Origin: a virus
Taxonomy: Duplodnaviria > Caudoviricetes
IMG/VR virus record: IMGVR_UViG_3300024254_000010
Location: 1 to 55,420 of that record
Direction: 5' to 3' (one strand)
DNA: 55,420 nt
The position numbers and the translations under genes were made by a program. Every line of letters starts with the position of its first letter. The first letter of the stretch is position 1. The notes under the pieces were generated by a model, which was not told the DNA's origin, did not search any database, and worked only from the letters and a program-made list of their open reading frames with translations. Below, piece after piece: positions 36,560 to 45,253 of this stretch.

Positions 36560-37930
36560 ATGTCTATTTTATCTTGCGACCAATTTACCAATTTCTTGGT
36601 AGACCAACAACCGGTCTACGACAAACTCATCCTCTCCGACATCCGGCCCACCGATTCCTGGGTGCTTAACGTTAAGACGGGCACCTTCGATGCCTATTCC
36701 GGCGTTGAACATACCCTGGACCGATTCCGGCATGTCTTCCCCAATACCACCAAGGTCTGGAACCGGACCGAGTACGCCTCCTGCGTGGGAACGCCCTGCG
36801 ATAAGACCGAGCATTGCATCGGCTGGGGCGCTACGCGCATCACCTACTTCCTGGAGGAGCAAAGTTGGGCCACGCCGCTGTTGTGCTTCGACCAGATGAT
36901 GCATGTCACCAAGGCCCAGGAACATTTTCGGCAGATCATCAGCGACATCCTGCGCCCGGCCACAACCGACATCATGTCCAATTTCCTGCGCAAGCGGGCC
37001 TTGGACCATGCTGATAAGAAATTCATCGCTAACCGGGCGATGACGCAGTTCACGTTCAACTGGACGGTGGTTGGTGACGAAGAAATCTTCTTCGACACGT
37101 CAGCGGACCCGACGACGGTGTTCAAGCTCGTCCCGCAGATGCTTCAGGTGCGTTTCGAGCCTCTCATGCGCCGGGGTTACGGCGGCAAGAATCCGTTCAA
37201 GGAAACCGCTCCCTACATTGAACTCGTCACCGACATCGCCACCGCTTGGGAATTGGACAAGTTGGGTGGGCAATGCGGTGGGGGAGGCGGGTCATGTCCC
37301 ACCATCGCCGGCAACTGGCGTTTCACCGAATGGTCCAGCGCCAACGCTTTTTGGCGTTACGGATTCTCCGGCCAGATCGGCAATTACCTCGTTCGCACCG
37401 ACCCGATGGGATTGCGCTTCAACTTCGTGGCTGACCGGGGCGCGGGCGCGGCTCCTAACCGTTATCGCTATCAGGTCGTCCTTCCTTACGTCAATCAGGT
37501 AACCAGTGGCGCAGGTGGCGACCCGGGCCTGGGCAGCGTGGAAAACCCCGACTTCGATAAGGCGCAATTCGCTATCACCTACATCTGGCACAAGATGGGT
37601 CTGGAGGCATTGGTGGCAGATGCCACGCCGGTCAATCCCGAGATGCCATTCTCATCGCGCAACTTCGGCGGGAAATGGCAATTTGTGATGGATAATCTCG
37701 GTGAGGATGTAAATGGCTGCGTTATCGAGAACAAGCGCCGAAACAAGGGCATGTTCATCGCTGACTTCAAGCTGGCCATTCGCCCGCTCTACACGGAGTT
37801 CATCAACGTGTTCCTGCATCGCCGCGAACCGTTCTGCGTGCCTGAAATCAGCAATTGCAGTGAGGATCCTGGCTATCCGACTCAGGATTACGATTCCTGC
37901 AACACTCCCTGCGAGCCGGAAATCACCTAA
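36560..37930 (+). CDS. Major capsid protein (probable)
   Basis: 456 aa, own promoter, strong C-ending codon bias, follows the scaffold, hairpin downstream. Confidence 0.72.
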   Translation: MSILSCDQFTNFLVDQQPVYDKLILSDIRPTDSWVLNVKTGTFDAYSGVEHTLDRFRHVFPNTTKVWNRTEYASCVGTPCDKTEHCIGWGATRITYFLEEQSWATPLLCFDQMMHVTKAQEHFRQIISDILRPATTDIMSNFLRKRALDHADKKFIANRAMTQFTFNWTVVGDEEIFFDTSADPTTVFKLVPQMLQVRFEPLMRRGYGGKNPFKETAPYIELVTDIATAWELDKLGGQCGGGGGSCPTIAGNWRFTEWSSANAFWRYGFSGQIGNYLVRTDPMGLRFNFVADRGAGAAPNRYRYQVVLPYVNQVTSGAGGDPGLGSVENPDFDKAQFAITYIWHKMGLEALVADATPVNPEMPFSSRNFGGKWQFVMDNLGEDVNGCVIENKRRNKGMFIADFKLAIRPLYTEFINVFLHRREPFCVPEISNCSEDPGYPTQDYDSCNTPCEPEIT

Positions 37931-37947
37931 CCGGTGGTAGTCACAAT

Positions 37948-37988
37948 GGGTGCCATCATCCCGGGGTTGGCATGGTGGCACCCTCTTT
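37948..37988 (+). terminator. Hairpin / weak terminator after the capsid gene
   Basis: GGGTGCCATCAT...ATGGTGGCACCC-TCTTT. Confidence 0.5.
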
Positions 37989-38002
37989 AACCCACATAAC
38001 TT

Positions 38003-38296
38003 ATGGCCAGCGACTACATGGATCAGCAGGACGAAGGCTCCCAGGATAACTCCAACATGGATATGGAAAATGATAGCACGCCGGAGGAAAAAATGGGGTT
38101 GGTGCCACTGTCCTTCTTCAACAAGGATGTTAAACCCGGAGACAAGGAAACGGTGGAGGTTACGGCCATCAAGGACGGAGAAGCCGTAATCAAATGTGTT
38201 TACGGTGACAACAAGGACAACGAAGGCCCCAGCGATCAAAGTGACACGAATGAGTCAAGTGAGCCCGGAGAGATGGAAGACTCCATGATGACCTAG
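38003..38296 (+). CDS. Small acidic protein
   Basis: KDVKPGDKETVEV core with acidic tails. Confidence 0.65.
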   Translation: MASDYMDQQDEGSQDNSNMDMENDSTPEEKMGLVPLSFFNKDVKPGDKETVEVTAIKDGEAVIKCVYGDNKDNEGPSDQSDTNESSEPGEMEDSMMT

Positions 38297-38315
38297 TTAT
38301 GAAAGCCTCATAACT

Positions 38316-38561
38316 ATGGCCTGTGATCCAAATCAGTTGCTGGAGGATGCCAAGTGCTTCCAGTGCAAGTATGGCTCTCTTGGTCCACTCTATGATGCTG
38401 TAGAGATTGTCCTTCTGTGCGGCATCCGGGATGGGATGAATCTTCCTTGTGACCCGGACTTCTTAGCCAACGAAGCCAGATGCATTGTTAATTGTATCCC
38501 ATCCGGGGCTATGCAAGCCGTTAAGATTAGCATTCTGTGCGACATCTTGGGCATGACCTAG
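38316..38561 (+). CDS. Cys-repeat small virion-like protein (2 units)
   Basis: CDPNQLLEDAKC...LLC and CDPDFLANEARC...ILC. Confidence 0.7.
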   Translation: MACDPNQLLEDAKCFQCKYGSLGPLYDAVEIVLLCGIRDGMNLPCDPDFLANEARCIVNCIPSGAMQAVKISILCDILGMT

Positions 38562-38568
38562 GACCAGT

Positions 38569-38772
38569 ATGGCTTGCGAACCAAACCAGCTACTGGAAGA
38601 TGCAAAGTGCGTCATGTGGTGCGTGCCAAGGGGATCCAATGGAGCCATCATCGTATCGTTGTGGTGCCAGATTTTGGACAATGGTTTCCCACCTGGGATG
38701 ACGTTCTACATCCTTACTGAGCTGGGAGAGATCATAGACGCGGAGAATGCGGACAAATTACGCCAAGAGTGA
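38569..38772 (+). CDS. Cys-repeat small virion-like protein (1 unit plus ILTELGE tail)
   Basis: Paralogous N-terminus CEPNQLLEDAKC. Confidence 0.7.
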   Translation: MACEPNQLLEDAKCVMWCVPRGSNGAIIVSLWCQILDNGFPPGMTFYILTELGEIIDAENADKLRQE

Positions 38773-38784
38773 AAGGAATAAGCG

Positions 38785-39045
38785 ATGGCAGACAAAAAAA
38801 TCACACAATTGCCCGCTGCTGCCGGTATTACCGCCGACGACCTCTTCGCCATCGTCGATGCTCCGAGTGGCGCTGCAACGACCCAGAAGGCCACAGCCGC
38901 TCAATTGCGCAAGTTCATCGGATGCCAACTTTATCAAGGTCGCGCCCCGGCCGCGCCCGATGATCCCACGTTGCCCGCCCTGGATTATCCAGTTGGTGGC
39001 GGGAACCTTAGCCAGTGGGACGTGCCAACGCTTAGCTGGAAATGA
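38785..39045 (+). CDS. Short fibre-adaptor-like protein
   Basis: MADKKITQLP N-terminus, as seen in phage fibre proteins. Confidence 0.6.
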   Translation: MADKKITQLPAAAGITADDLFAIVDAPSGAATTQKATAAQLRKFIGCQLYQGRAPAAPDDPTLPALDYPVGGGNLSQWDVPTLSWK

Positions 39046-39046
39046 G

Positions 39047-39580
39047 TTAGATATGTTTCCACTTTTTACGAAGAACAATGCAAGAGACGTTTGCCTGAGC
39101 GATTCCAAATCGGTCAGCAACCGACTGCTGAGATTCTCCGCGTGCGCAGCAGTTCCTTATTGCTACGACATCGTCGCGTGTAAGTTTGCTCGAATGGTGA
39201 TTTTCTCCTCTCACGCAGAGATAGTCCTCTTTCCGCTTTTTGATTTTAGCTTTTGGGGCTCGGCCAAGAAGAACTCGGTAATAATGAAGTCTGTTTTGGG
39301 AATGTGTGCACCACTCAAGATTTTCGAGCTGATTGTTCGCTTTGTTGCCGTCCAAATGATTTACCTCGTCGGTTGGCAATGGAGGCTGGACAAAAGTCTT
39401 GAGGACGACCCTGTGAACGCTCTCGTAAACCACAACCCCGTGTTTTCTGAGCCCGATACGCATGTATCCAGATTTCTGGCGATACGGTTTAAGAATCTTT
39501 CCGTTCCGGCGAATTCTGCCAAGATTGCTGACTTCGTAAAATCCCTCAAATCCAGGAACTGGTTTCCATTCCTCATTCAT
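39047..39580 (-). CDS. NUMOD4-HNH homing endonuclease with C-terminal HTH
   Basis: EEWKPVPGFEGFYEVSNLGRIR; VHRVV...VNHLDGNKANNQLENLEW. Confidence 0.9.
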   Translation of the reverse strand: MNEEWKPVPGFEGFYEVSNLGRIRRNGKILKPYRQKSGYMRIGLRKHGVVVYESVHRVVLKTFVQPPLPTDEVNHLDGNKANNQLENLEWCTHSQNRLHYYRVLLGRAPKAKIKKRKEDYLCVRGENHHSSKLTRDDVVAIRNCCARGESQQSVADRFGIAQANVSCIVLRKKWKHI

Positions 39581-39640
39581 CGGACTGAGTGTCTTAAACC
39601 CAAGAACAATAATCAACAGGAATGTTGGGTATAATGACTA

Positions 39641-40036
39641 ATGGCCACATGCACCACCAACGAGCTAATGCAAGCGGCGGCCTCGATGAGCGGATTGAGT
39701 CCTGGCCAACTCGAACTAATCAAGACCGTCCTGCTCTGCCGAATCCTGCACATACAAAACCCCATGGCTAGTTGCAATGTTCAGGATCTACTCGATGACT
39801 CCAGTTGTTTCGCGTGCCTATTCCCGTTCCAACTCTCGGTCATCCAAACACAGTTGCTTTGCGAAATACTTCATGCGGGCGGGGGCAGTGGCAACAGTTG
39901 CTTGATGTGCGGCGATGCCGATCCGGTAGCCGCGCCAAATTGCGAATGCGCCCTGTACTACAACCGCACCACGTCCAGCTTCTGGTACTGGGACGACAAC
40001 CTGAGTCTTTGGGCAATGTTGATCGGTGGAATATGA
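39641..40036 (+). CDS. Cys-repeat small virion-like protein (2 units)
   Basis: CTTNELM...LLCRI; CNVQDLLDDSSCFAC...LLCEI; YYNRTTSSFWYW. Confidence 0.7.
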   Translation: MATCTTNELMQAAASMSGLSPGQLELIKTVLLCRILHIQNPMASCNVQDLLDDSSCFACLFPFQLSVIQTQLLCEILHAGGGSGNSCLMCGDADPVAAPNCECALYYNRTTSSFWYWDDNLSLWAMLIGGI

Positions 40037-43000
40037 CCATCCCTGATAAATATGCCTTTTGGCGTTGGCCGGCTAAGATTCGGTCGCTTACAACTGAACT
40101 TGAACACCTCAAGGAGGAACATGCCCGGGTTTTGGCTGGCCAATCCAAGCTCCTGGAATGGGTCAAGGTCACGCACCGGCTGACATCCCCAGCCCAAGGC
40201 ATCAGGGCACTATTGCAGAATGGAAAGCGATTGGTGCCGTTACTGGTACTTTTATTAGGCATGCAGGCGACACTGGCCCAGCCCGCGCCACCGATTTTGC
40301 GCTCTCCGCTCACGACCAATTCCCATTTCGGCCCTACCCCGACTGAAGGGCAGGTTCCGATCTGGAACGCCGCAGCCAAGAAATGGTCCAACAATGTGCC
40401 CGCAGGCGGTTCTTCCACTCCGCACACCTGGACCAATGACAATGGCACTCTCAAACCAATCGCGTTCCCGACCAATATCCTGCTGCGGGTCAACGTGCCT
40501 GACGACGGCATTGGAACGAACTTCTATTTCGACTCGCGGGTCTACCGGACCAACGCGGCGAGCAAACTCTTCACGATCCGAAACGGCGGCAGCAATGCGC
40601 TGACGATTGGTCCGAACGGCCAACTGATGGCCGGGAGAGGTAATGGAACTCCATTTCCTGGTGCGGTTCTCTACGGGATATTTGACACAGCCCTGGGCGA
40701 AACCAATCAGCAGGAGATTTTCACCCTCAGTGGCAATAGCGCGGTGGGCTACAGCGGGGCTTCGGACCTGATCATCGACACCAATTATGGGGCTCTGATT
40801 CTGTTTGCCAACAAGGAGGGGGGCGTGAAATTTACCAGATTCTCGGTTCAGGCCGGGGCTGGCGACAATCCACAGAACTTCAACAGCTTCACAATGCAGG
40901 CGTTGGTGGACGGGGCGACCTACATGCAGATGGACCCCAATTTTAGCCTGCTTACCCCGACCAATTATCTCTTCAGCAGCAGCATTCGAATCACCAACAC
41001 CGACACGTTGCTTTCCCTGCAAAACAGTAATTTCCCAGTGCTCGAAGTGGACGGTGTTGGGGACCTACGATTGATTAAGAAGATCCCGTACCTATGGCCA
41101 AGTGCCCAGGGAGCAGCCGGAACCACTCTCACCAATAATGGCTCGGGCGCTCTGGGCTGGTGGCCTATCTCGGCTGGCTCGGGTCCACCCGGACTCACGA
41201 CTAATGCCAACCAATTCCTTGGCGTTCCGTTGTCCATTAAGGACGGAGCGTTCCTCACCAACATCAACGTTCAATCGAGCCTCGAAGTCTCCAACGGCTG
41301 GATTTATGCCTCCGGTCCGGTCACCAATGGCACGCAGCTAAATCTGCCACACTTGACAGTTTCAAGGTCGGCCGTAATCAACGCACAAGGAGACGTGACC
41401 AATTCCAGCGCCGATTCCAACTGGAGCCTTTATCCGACCAATGTTTGGAATGATCGGCAATTCGGTTCCCAGAATCTCACCAACTGGTCGAATATCCCCA
41501 CGGGCGCGATGGCAAACGTCGTCGCGACTGATTATCTCACCAACTGGGCCAATGCAATCAGCAATCTGACCCAGACCAAACAGTTCGGGTCTGCCAATCT
41601 CACGAACTGGTCGAACATCCCGACTGGGGCTATGGCTAACGTCGTTTCCACGACGTTCCTGACCAATTGGGCTAATGCGATCAGCAACTTAGCGGAAACC
41701 AAACAGCTTGGCTCCGCTGTGCTAACCAATCTGGTCGGGACGGTGGCTAACAACGTTACAAACGTCGTCTCGCTAAGCACAACCAATGCGACGAGCAAGC
41801 CACTCACAAACAGTTACACAGCAGGCGTGCTGACGATCTTTGGGGTCGAGCAAGGCAGTGGCCAAGCGATCACGATGAACGCCTCGAATGTCGTGATCGC
41901 CAACGATTGGACACAGACGGCCAGTACTACAAATGTCGTTGGAGTGTCGAACTGGGTGAACTCGGTTTCCAACCTCGTACAGACCAAGCAAAATGGGAGC
42001 GCAGTCCTAACCAATCTAGTCAGCACCGTGGCTAATAACGTCACTAATGTGGTGAGTTTGAGCACCACAAATGCAACCTCCAAGCCGCTGACAAATGCAT
42101 ACGCTAACGGAGTTTTGACGCTGTTTGGAATCGAACAGGGGTCCGGCCTAGCCGTAACCATGAGTTCCAATATCGTGGTAGCCAATGACTGGGCGCAGAC
42201 GGCAAGCACGACGAATGTAGTGGGCGTGTCCAACTGGGTCAACTCTGTAAGCAATCTAGCTCAAACTAAACAGTTCGGGTCTCTCACATTGACCAATCTT
42301 TCTGGCACGGGGGCAATCACTAACCTATTCACGTCGTCTCTCTCCAACGCCACTATTAAACCACTGGTCGTTGGAGTCGGAACTGCGGCAGGAGCAACCA
42401 ATACCACTGGCGAGATTCGTGGGCTGGAAGCAGGCCCCAACATCACGCTTACTCCAAATGGAAGCAATTACGTAATCGCAAGCACTGGCGGTGGAACTGT
42501 GACATTCTCTGACCTTCTTTTTACCAACGAACCGTCTGGCCGAATTCATCCTGTTACGTGGACCAATCGACTGGAGATGCAACGGCCAATAACCATTGGA
42601 ACCAACCAGAATGATACGATCATAGGGGCGTCACTAAACACGAATGATTTCTTCGTTGCCTATAGGTCGATAACCAATGGCGAACAATATCTTCCCAGAT
42701 TTGAATTCGGAGCCTTCAGTAATGGCGCTATATCTTCAATAGTTGGTTACATCGACGACGGGTTTTCTGGCTTTACTCTGCACACCATGCTTGACGGAGG
42801 CGCTCCATTCGGAGGTGAAATCCGCATGCTGGCTGACGCAAGAAATATCGGTGGCATGGTGTTCGCAATCACGTCCACAAATGGATTTGTGCCGTTTTCA
42901 ATTATTGGAAGTGCCACTAAAATAAATAACGTCGGTTATGTATTCCCACCAGTTCAAGGCGCGGCCGGAACTGTGCTCACAAACAACGGATCTGGATCAT

Positions 43001-45246
43001 TGGGATGGTCGGCCCAACTGCAACCGTCCAGCACGACGCTAACGAATCTTTCTGGCACTGGAGCGATTACGAATCTGTTCAGCGCGACGCTTTCCAATGC
43101 GACGATTAAACCGCTCGTGGTCGGCATCGGCAACGCGGCCGGAGCGACGAATACGACCGGGGAAATCAGAGGGTTGGAGGCCGGAGCAAACATTACGCTT
43201 ACTCCGAACGGGAGCAATTATGTAATCGCTTCAACTGGATCTGGTGGGGTGGCTTTTTCGGATTTGGTTTGGACGAATGATACCGTCGCAATAAAGCCGA
43301 ACGCGTTCCCTACCAATATCATGTTGCGCATTGACGTACCGGATGACGGTGTTGGTACAAATTACTATTGGGATGCCAGAACCTACCGGGCCAATGCAGC
43401 CAGTAAGTTGTTTGCACTTTACAACGGCGGATCCAACGCGCTCACGGTTGGTCCCTTCGGCGGCGTTTTCATCGGCAGAAACAATGCCACCCCAGTTAAT
43501 CTCTATGCTTTCAATGCCATGCGTGACACAGCTATCGGTGAACCAAACTCGGCGTTCATCCAAGCCAAGGCATCGCAAAGCACGGTTGGCTATTTTGGAA
43601 CCACCCTGTTCGGGGTGAACACTAACTCCTCTGAACTTACGATGAGGACCTTCGACGGAGTTAATAAGCAATGCATCTTTGCTGTCACTGCGGATAATTT
43701 CACCAATTCCACCTTAAAGTTGACTGACAAAATTGGATCGAGTGAACGCGGCGTGTTTTTGTCTCCAGGCATTGGGCTAACCTACCCGACCAACTACATG
43801 TTCAACACTTGGTATGAACTCACAAATACCGATACCCTTCTTAGCTTGCAGAACTCAAACACTCCGGTTTTTGAAATTGATGGAATCGGTGATCTTAAAC
43901 TGTTGAAACGGGTCGCTTATTCCTGGCCAGTTGCACAGGGAGGCGCGAGCACCGTCCTAGCTAATGACGGGTCCGGTAACCTTAGTTGGTCTGGAGCATT
44001 CCAGCCAGGAAGCACAACCCTTACTAATCTGGCTGGCACCAAAGCTATCACCAATCTGTTCGCGCCTTCATTATCCAACGCCACGATTAAGCCGATTGTC
44101 TTTGGTGGAGTCGGAAACGCGGCCGGGATGACCAATACGACAGGACAGGTATATGGCCTTGAAGCGGGAGCTGGCACAACTCTAACACCAAACGGGAGCA
44201 ACATCGTCATCGCAACCACTGTGAGCGGCACTGGTGTTTCAACGAACGCCAATCAATTTGGAACCCAGGTCACGTTGACTCTCAAGGACGGCATATTCCT
44301 GACCAATATAATTGCCTTCCCAACCGGAAACGGGACAGCGCCAGCACTAACCGTAACCAACGTCCCTGGAATCGGCACGAACAGCTTTCAAGTGCTGAAC
44401 ACCAACGGCGTGCCTGTCATCTATGGTTTGACCAACAACGGAATTACCCTCGTGGCCAGCAACGTCAATTTCCTAGGGCCACAGACCAATACTTCGTCGT
44501 TAAATGTCCTGGGCGGCGTGACCAACTGGGCGGCAGTGGAAACCCGGGGTAACGCCACTAATGCCGGATGGCTAGCCATTGCAGGCGGATTTACCAACAT
44601 CGGAGGGTCATTGCTGACCGGGAGCGTCACCAACGGAGGACGGGTGGACACAGCCGGTGGAGCGACCAACTGGATTGGGGCTGAAACCAAGGGCACGCTC
44701 TACGCCAGCAGCAATTTGCTGGTGAAAGCAGGCCAAGGCACCAGCAACGCCTGGGTAGGTGGGAGAATTTTTATTGATGCATCAACGGCCACAACAAATC
44801 ATAGCGGGACGGCAGCTTACACGAATCTGTTCACCTACACCGTTCCCGGTAATACCCTCACCAACACTGGAGATGAATTGGAGTTTTATTTGTCAGGCCA
44901 GTTCAAGTTTGCAACCACTACGACCAACGGATTCAAAGCTATCTATGGCACAGCAACCATATTCGATACTGGTCTTATTACAGCCTCGAATTGCCCGTGG
45001 GCGGTGACCATACGAATGACTCGTACAGGCAATTCTTCTCAGCGAGTAGAGAGCAAGGTCCTATGGAACGTCAGCGGTGCTGTAAACTCCTCCGGTAACG
45101 GACCCCTTTCATGTTATGCAACGAACATGCCATTCGCTCAAAACAATGGCATCACCAACATTTTCGTATTCCAAGGAGAATCACGCATTGCGGCAGTCAT
45201 CACCAACGATTACCGGGCCATTACTTACACTCCTGGGCTTAACTGA
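40033..45246 (+). CDS. Very large TN-rich fibre/adhesin-like repeat protein with an internal signal-peptide-like segment
   Basis: ATGA-coupled start at 40033; KRLVPLLVLLLGMQATLA|Q; WPSAQGAAGTTLTNNGSGALGW-type fibre repeats. Confidence 0.75.
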   Translation: MTIPDKYAFWRWPAKIRSLTTELEHLKEEHARVLAGQSKLLEWVKVTHRLTSPAQGIRALLQNGKRLVPLLVLLLGMQATLAQPAPPILRSPLTTNSHFGPTPTEGQVPIWNAAAKKWSNNVPAGGSSTPHTWTNDNGTLKPIAFPTNILLRVNVPDDGIGTNFYFDSRVYRTNAASKLFTIRNGGSNALTIGPNGQLMAGRGNGTPFPGAVLYGIFDTALGETNQQEIFTLSGNSAVGYSGASDLIIDTNYGALILFANKEGGVKFTRFSVQAGAGDNPQNFNSFTMQALVDGATYMQMDPNFSLLTPTNYLFSSSIRITNTDTLLSLQNSNFPVLEVDGVGDLRLIKKIPYLWPSAQGAAGTTLTNNGSGALGWWPISAGSGPPGLTTNANQFLGVPLSIKDGAFLTNINVQSSLEVSNGWIYASGPVTNGTQLNLPHLTVSRSAVINAQGDVTNSSADSNWSLYPTNVWNDRQFGSQNLTNWSNIPTGAMANVVATDYLTNWANAISNLTQTKQFGSANLTNWSNIPTGAMANVVSTTFLTNWANAISNLAETKQLGSAVLTNLVGTVANNVTNVVSLSTTNATSKPLTNSYTAGVLTIFGVEQGSGQAITMNASNVVIANDWTQTASTTNVVGVSNWVNSVSNLVQTKQNGSAVLTNLVSTVANNVTNVVSLSTTNATSKPLTNAYANGVLTLFGIEQGSGLAVTMSSNIVVANDWAQTASTTNVVGVSNWVNSVSNLAQTKQFGSLTLTNLSGTGAITNLFTSSLSNATIKPLVVGVGTAAGATNTTGEIRGLEAGPNITLTPNGSNYVIASTGGGTVTFSDLLFTNEPSGRIHPVTWTNRLEMQRPITIGTNQNDTIIGASLNTNDFFVAYRSITNGEQYLPRFEFGAFSNGAISSIVGYIDDGFSGFTLHTMLDGGAPFGGEIRMLADARNIGGMVFAITSTNGFVPFSIIGSATKINNVGYVFPPVQGAAGTVLTNNGSGSLGWSAQLQPSSTTLTNLSGTGAITNLFSATLSNATIKPLVVGIGNAAGATNTTGEIRGLEAGANITLTPNGSNYVIASTGSGGVAFSDLVWTNDTVAIKPNAFPTNIMLRIDVPDDGVGTNYYWDARTYRANAASKLFALYNGGSNALTVGPFGGVFIGRNNATPVNLYAFNAMRDTAIGEPNSAFIQAKASQSTVGYFGTTLFGVNTNSSELTMRTFDGVNKQCIFAVTADNFTNSTLKLTDKIGSSERGVFLSPGIGLTYPTNYMFNTWYELTNTDTLLSLQNSNTPVFEIDGIGDLKLLKRVAYSWPVAQGGASTVLANDGSGNLSWSGAFQPGSTTLTNLAGTKAITNLFAPSLSNATIKPIVFGGVGNAAGMTNTTGQVYGLEAGAGTTLTPNGSNIVIATTVSGTGVSTNANQFGTQVTLTLKDGIFLTNIIAFPTGNGTAPALTVTNVPGIGTNSFQVLNTNGVPVIYGLTNNGITLVASNVNFLGPQTNTSSLNVLGGVTNWAAVETRGNATNAGWLAIAGGFTNIGGSLLTGSVTNGGRVDTAGGATNWIGAETKGTLYASSNLLVKAGQGTSNAWVGGRIFIDASTATTNHSGTAAYTNLFTYTVPGNTLTNTGDELEFYLSGQFKFATTTTNGFKAIYGTATIFDTGLITASNCPWAVTIRMTRTGNSSQRVESKVLWNVSGAVNSSGNGPLSCYATNMPFAQNNGITNIFVFQGESRIAAVITNDYRAITYTPGLN

Positions 45247-45253
45247 GACATCT

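Noticed and set aside
38747-39634. 295-aa + strand ORF
   Set aside because: Shadow of the NUMOD4-HNH gene and of ORF 38785
39805-40032. N-terminal extension of the 1813-aa ORF
   Set aside because: Non-ATG start overlapping real gene 39641-40036; the coupled ATG at 40033 is better
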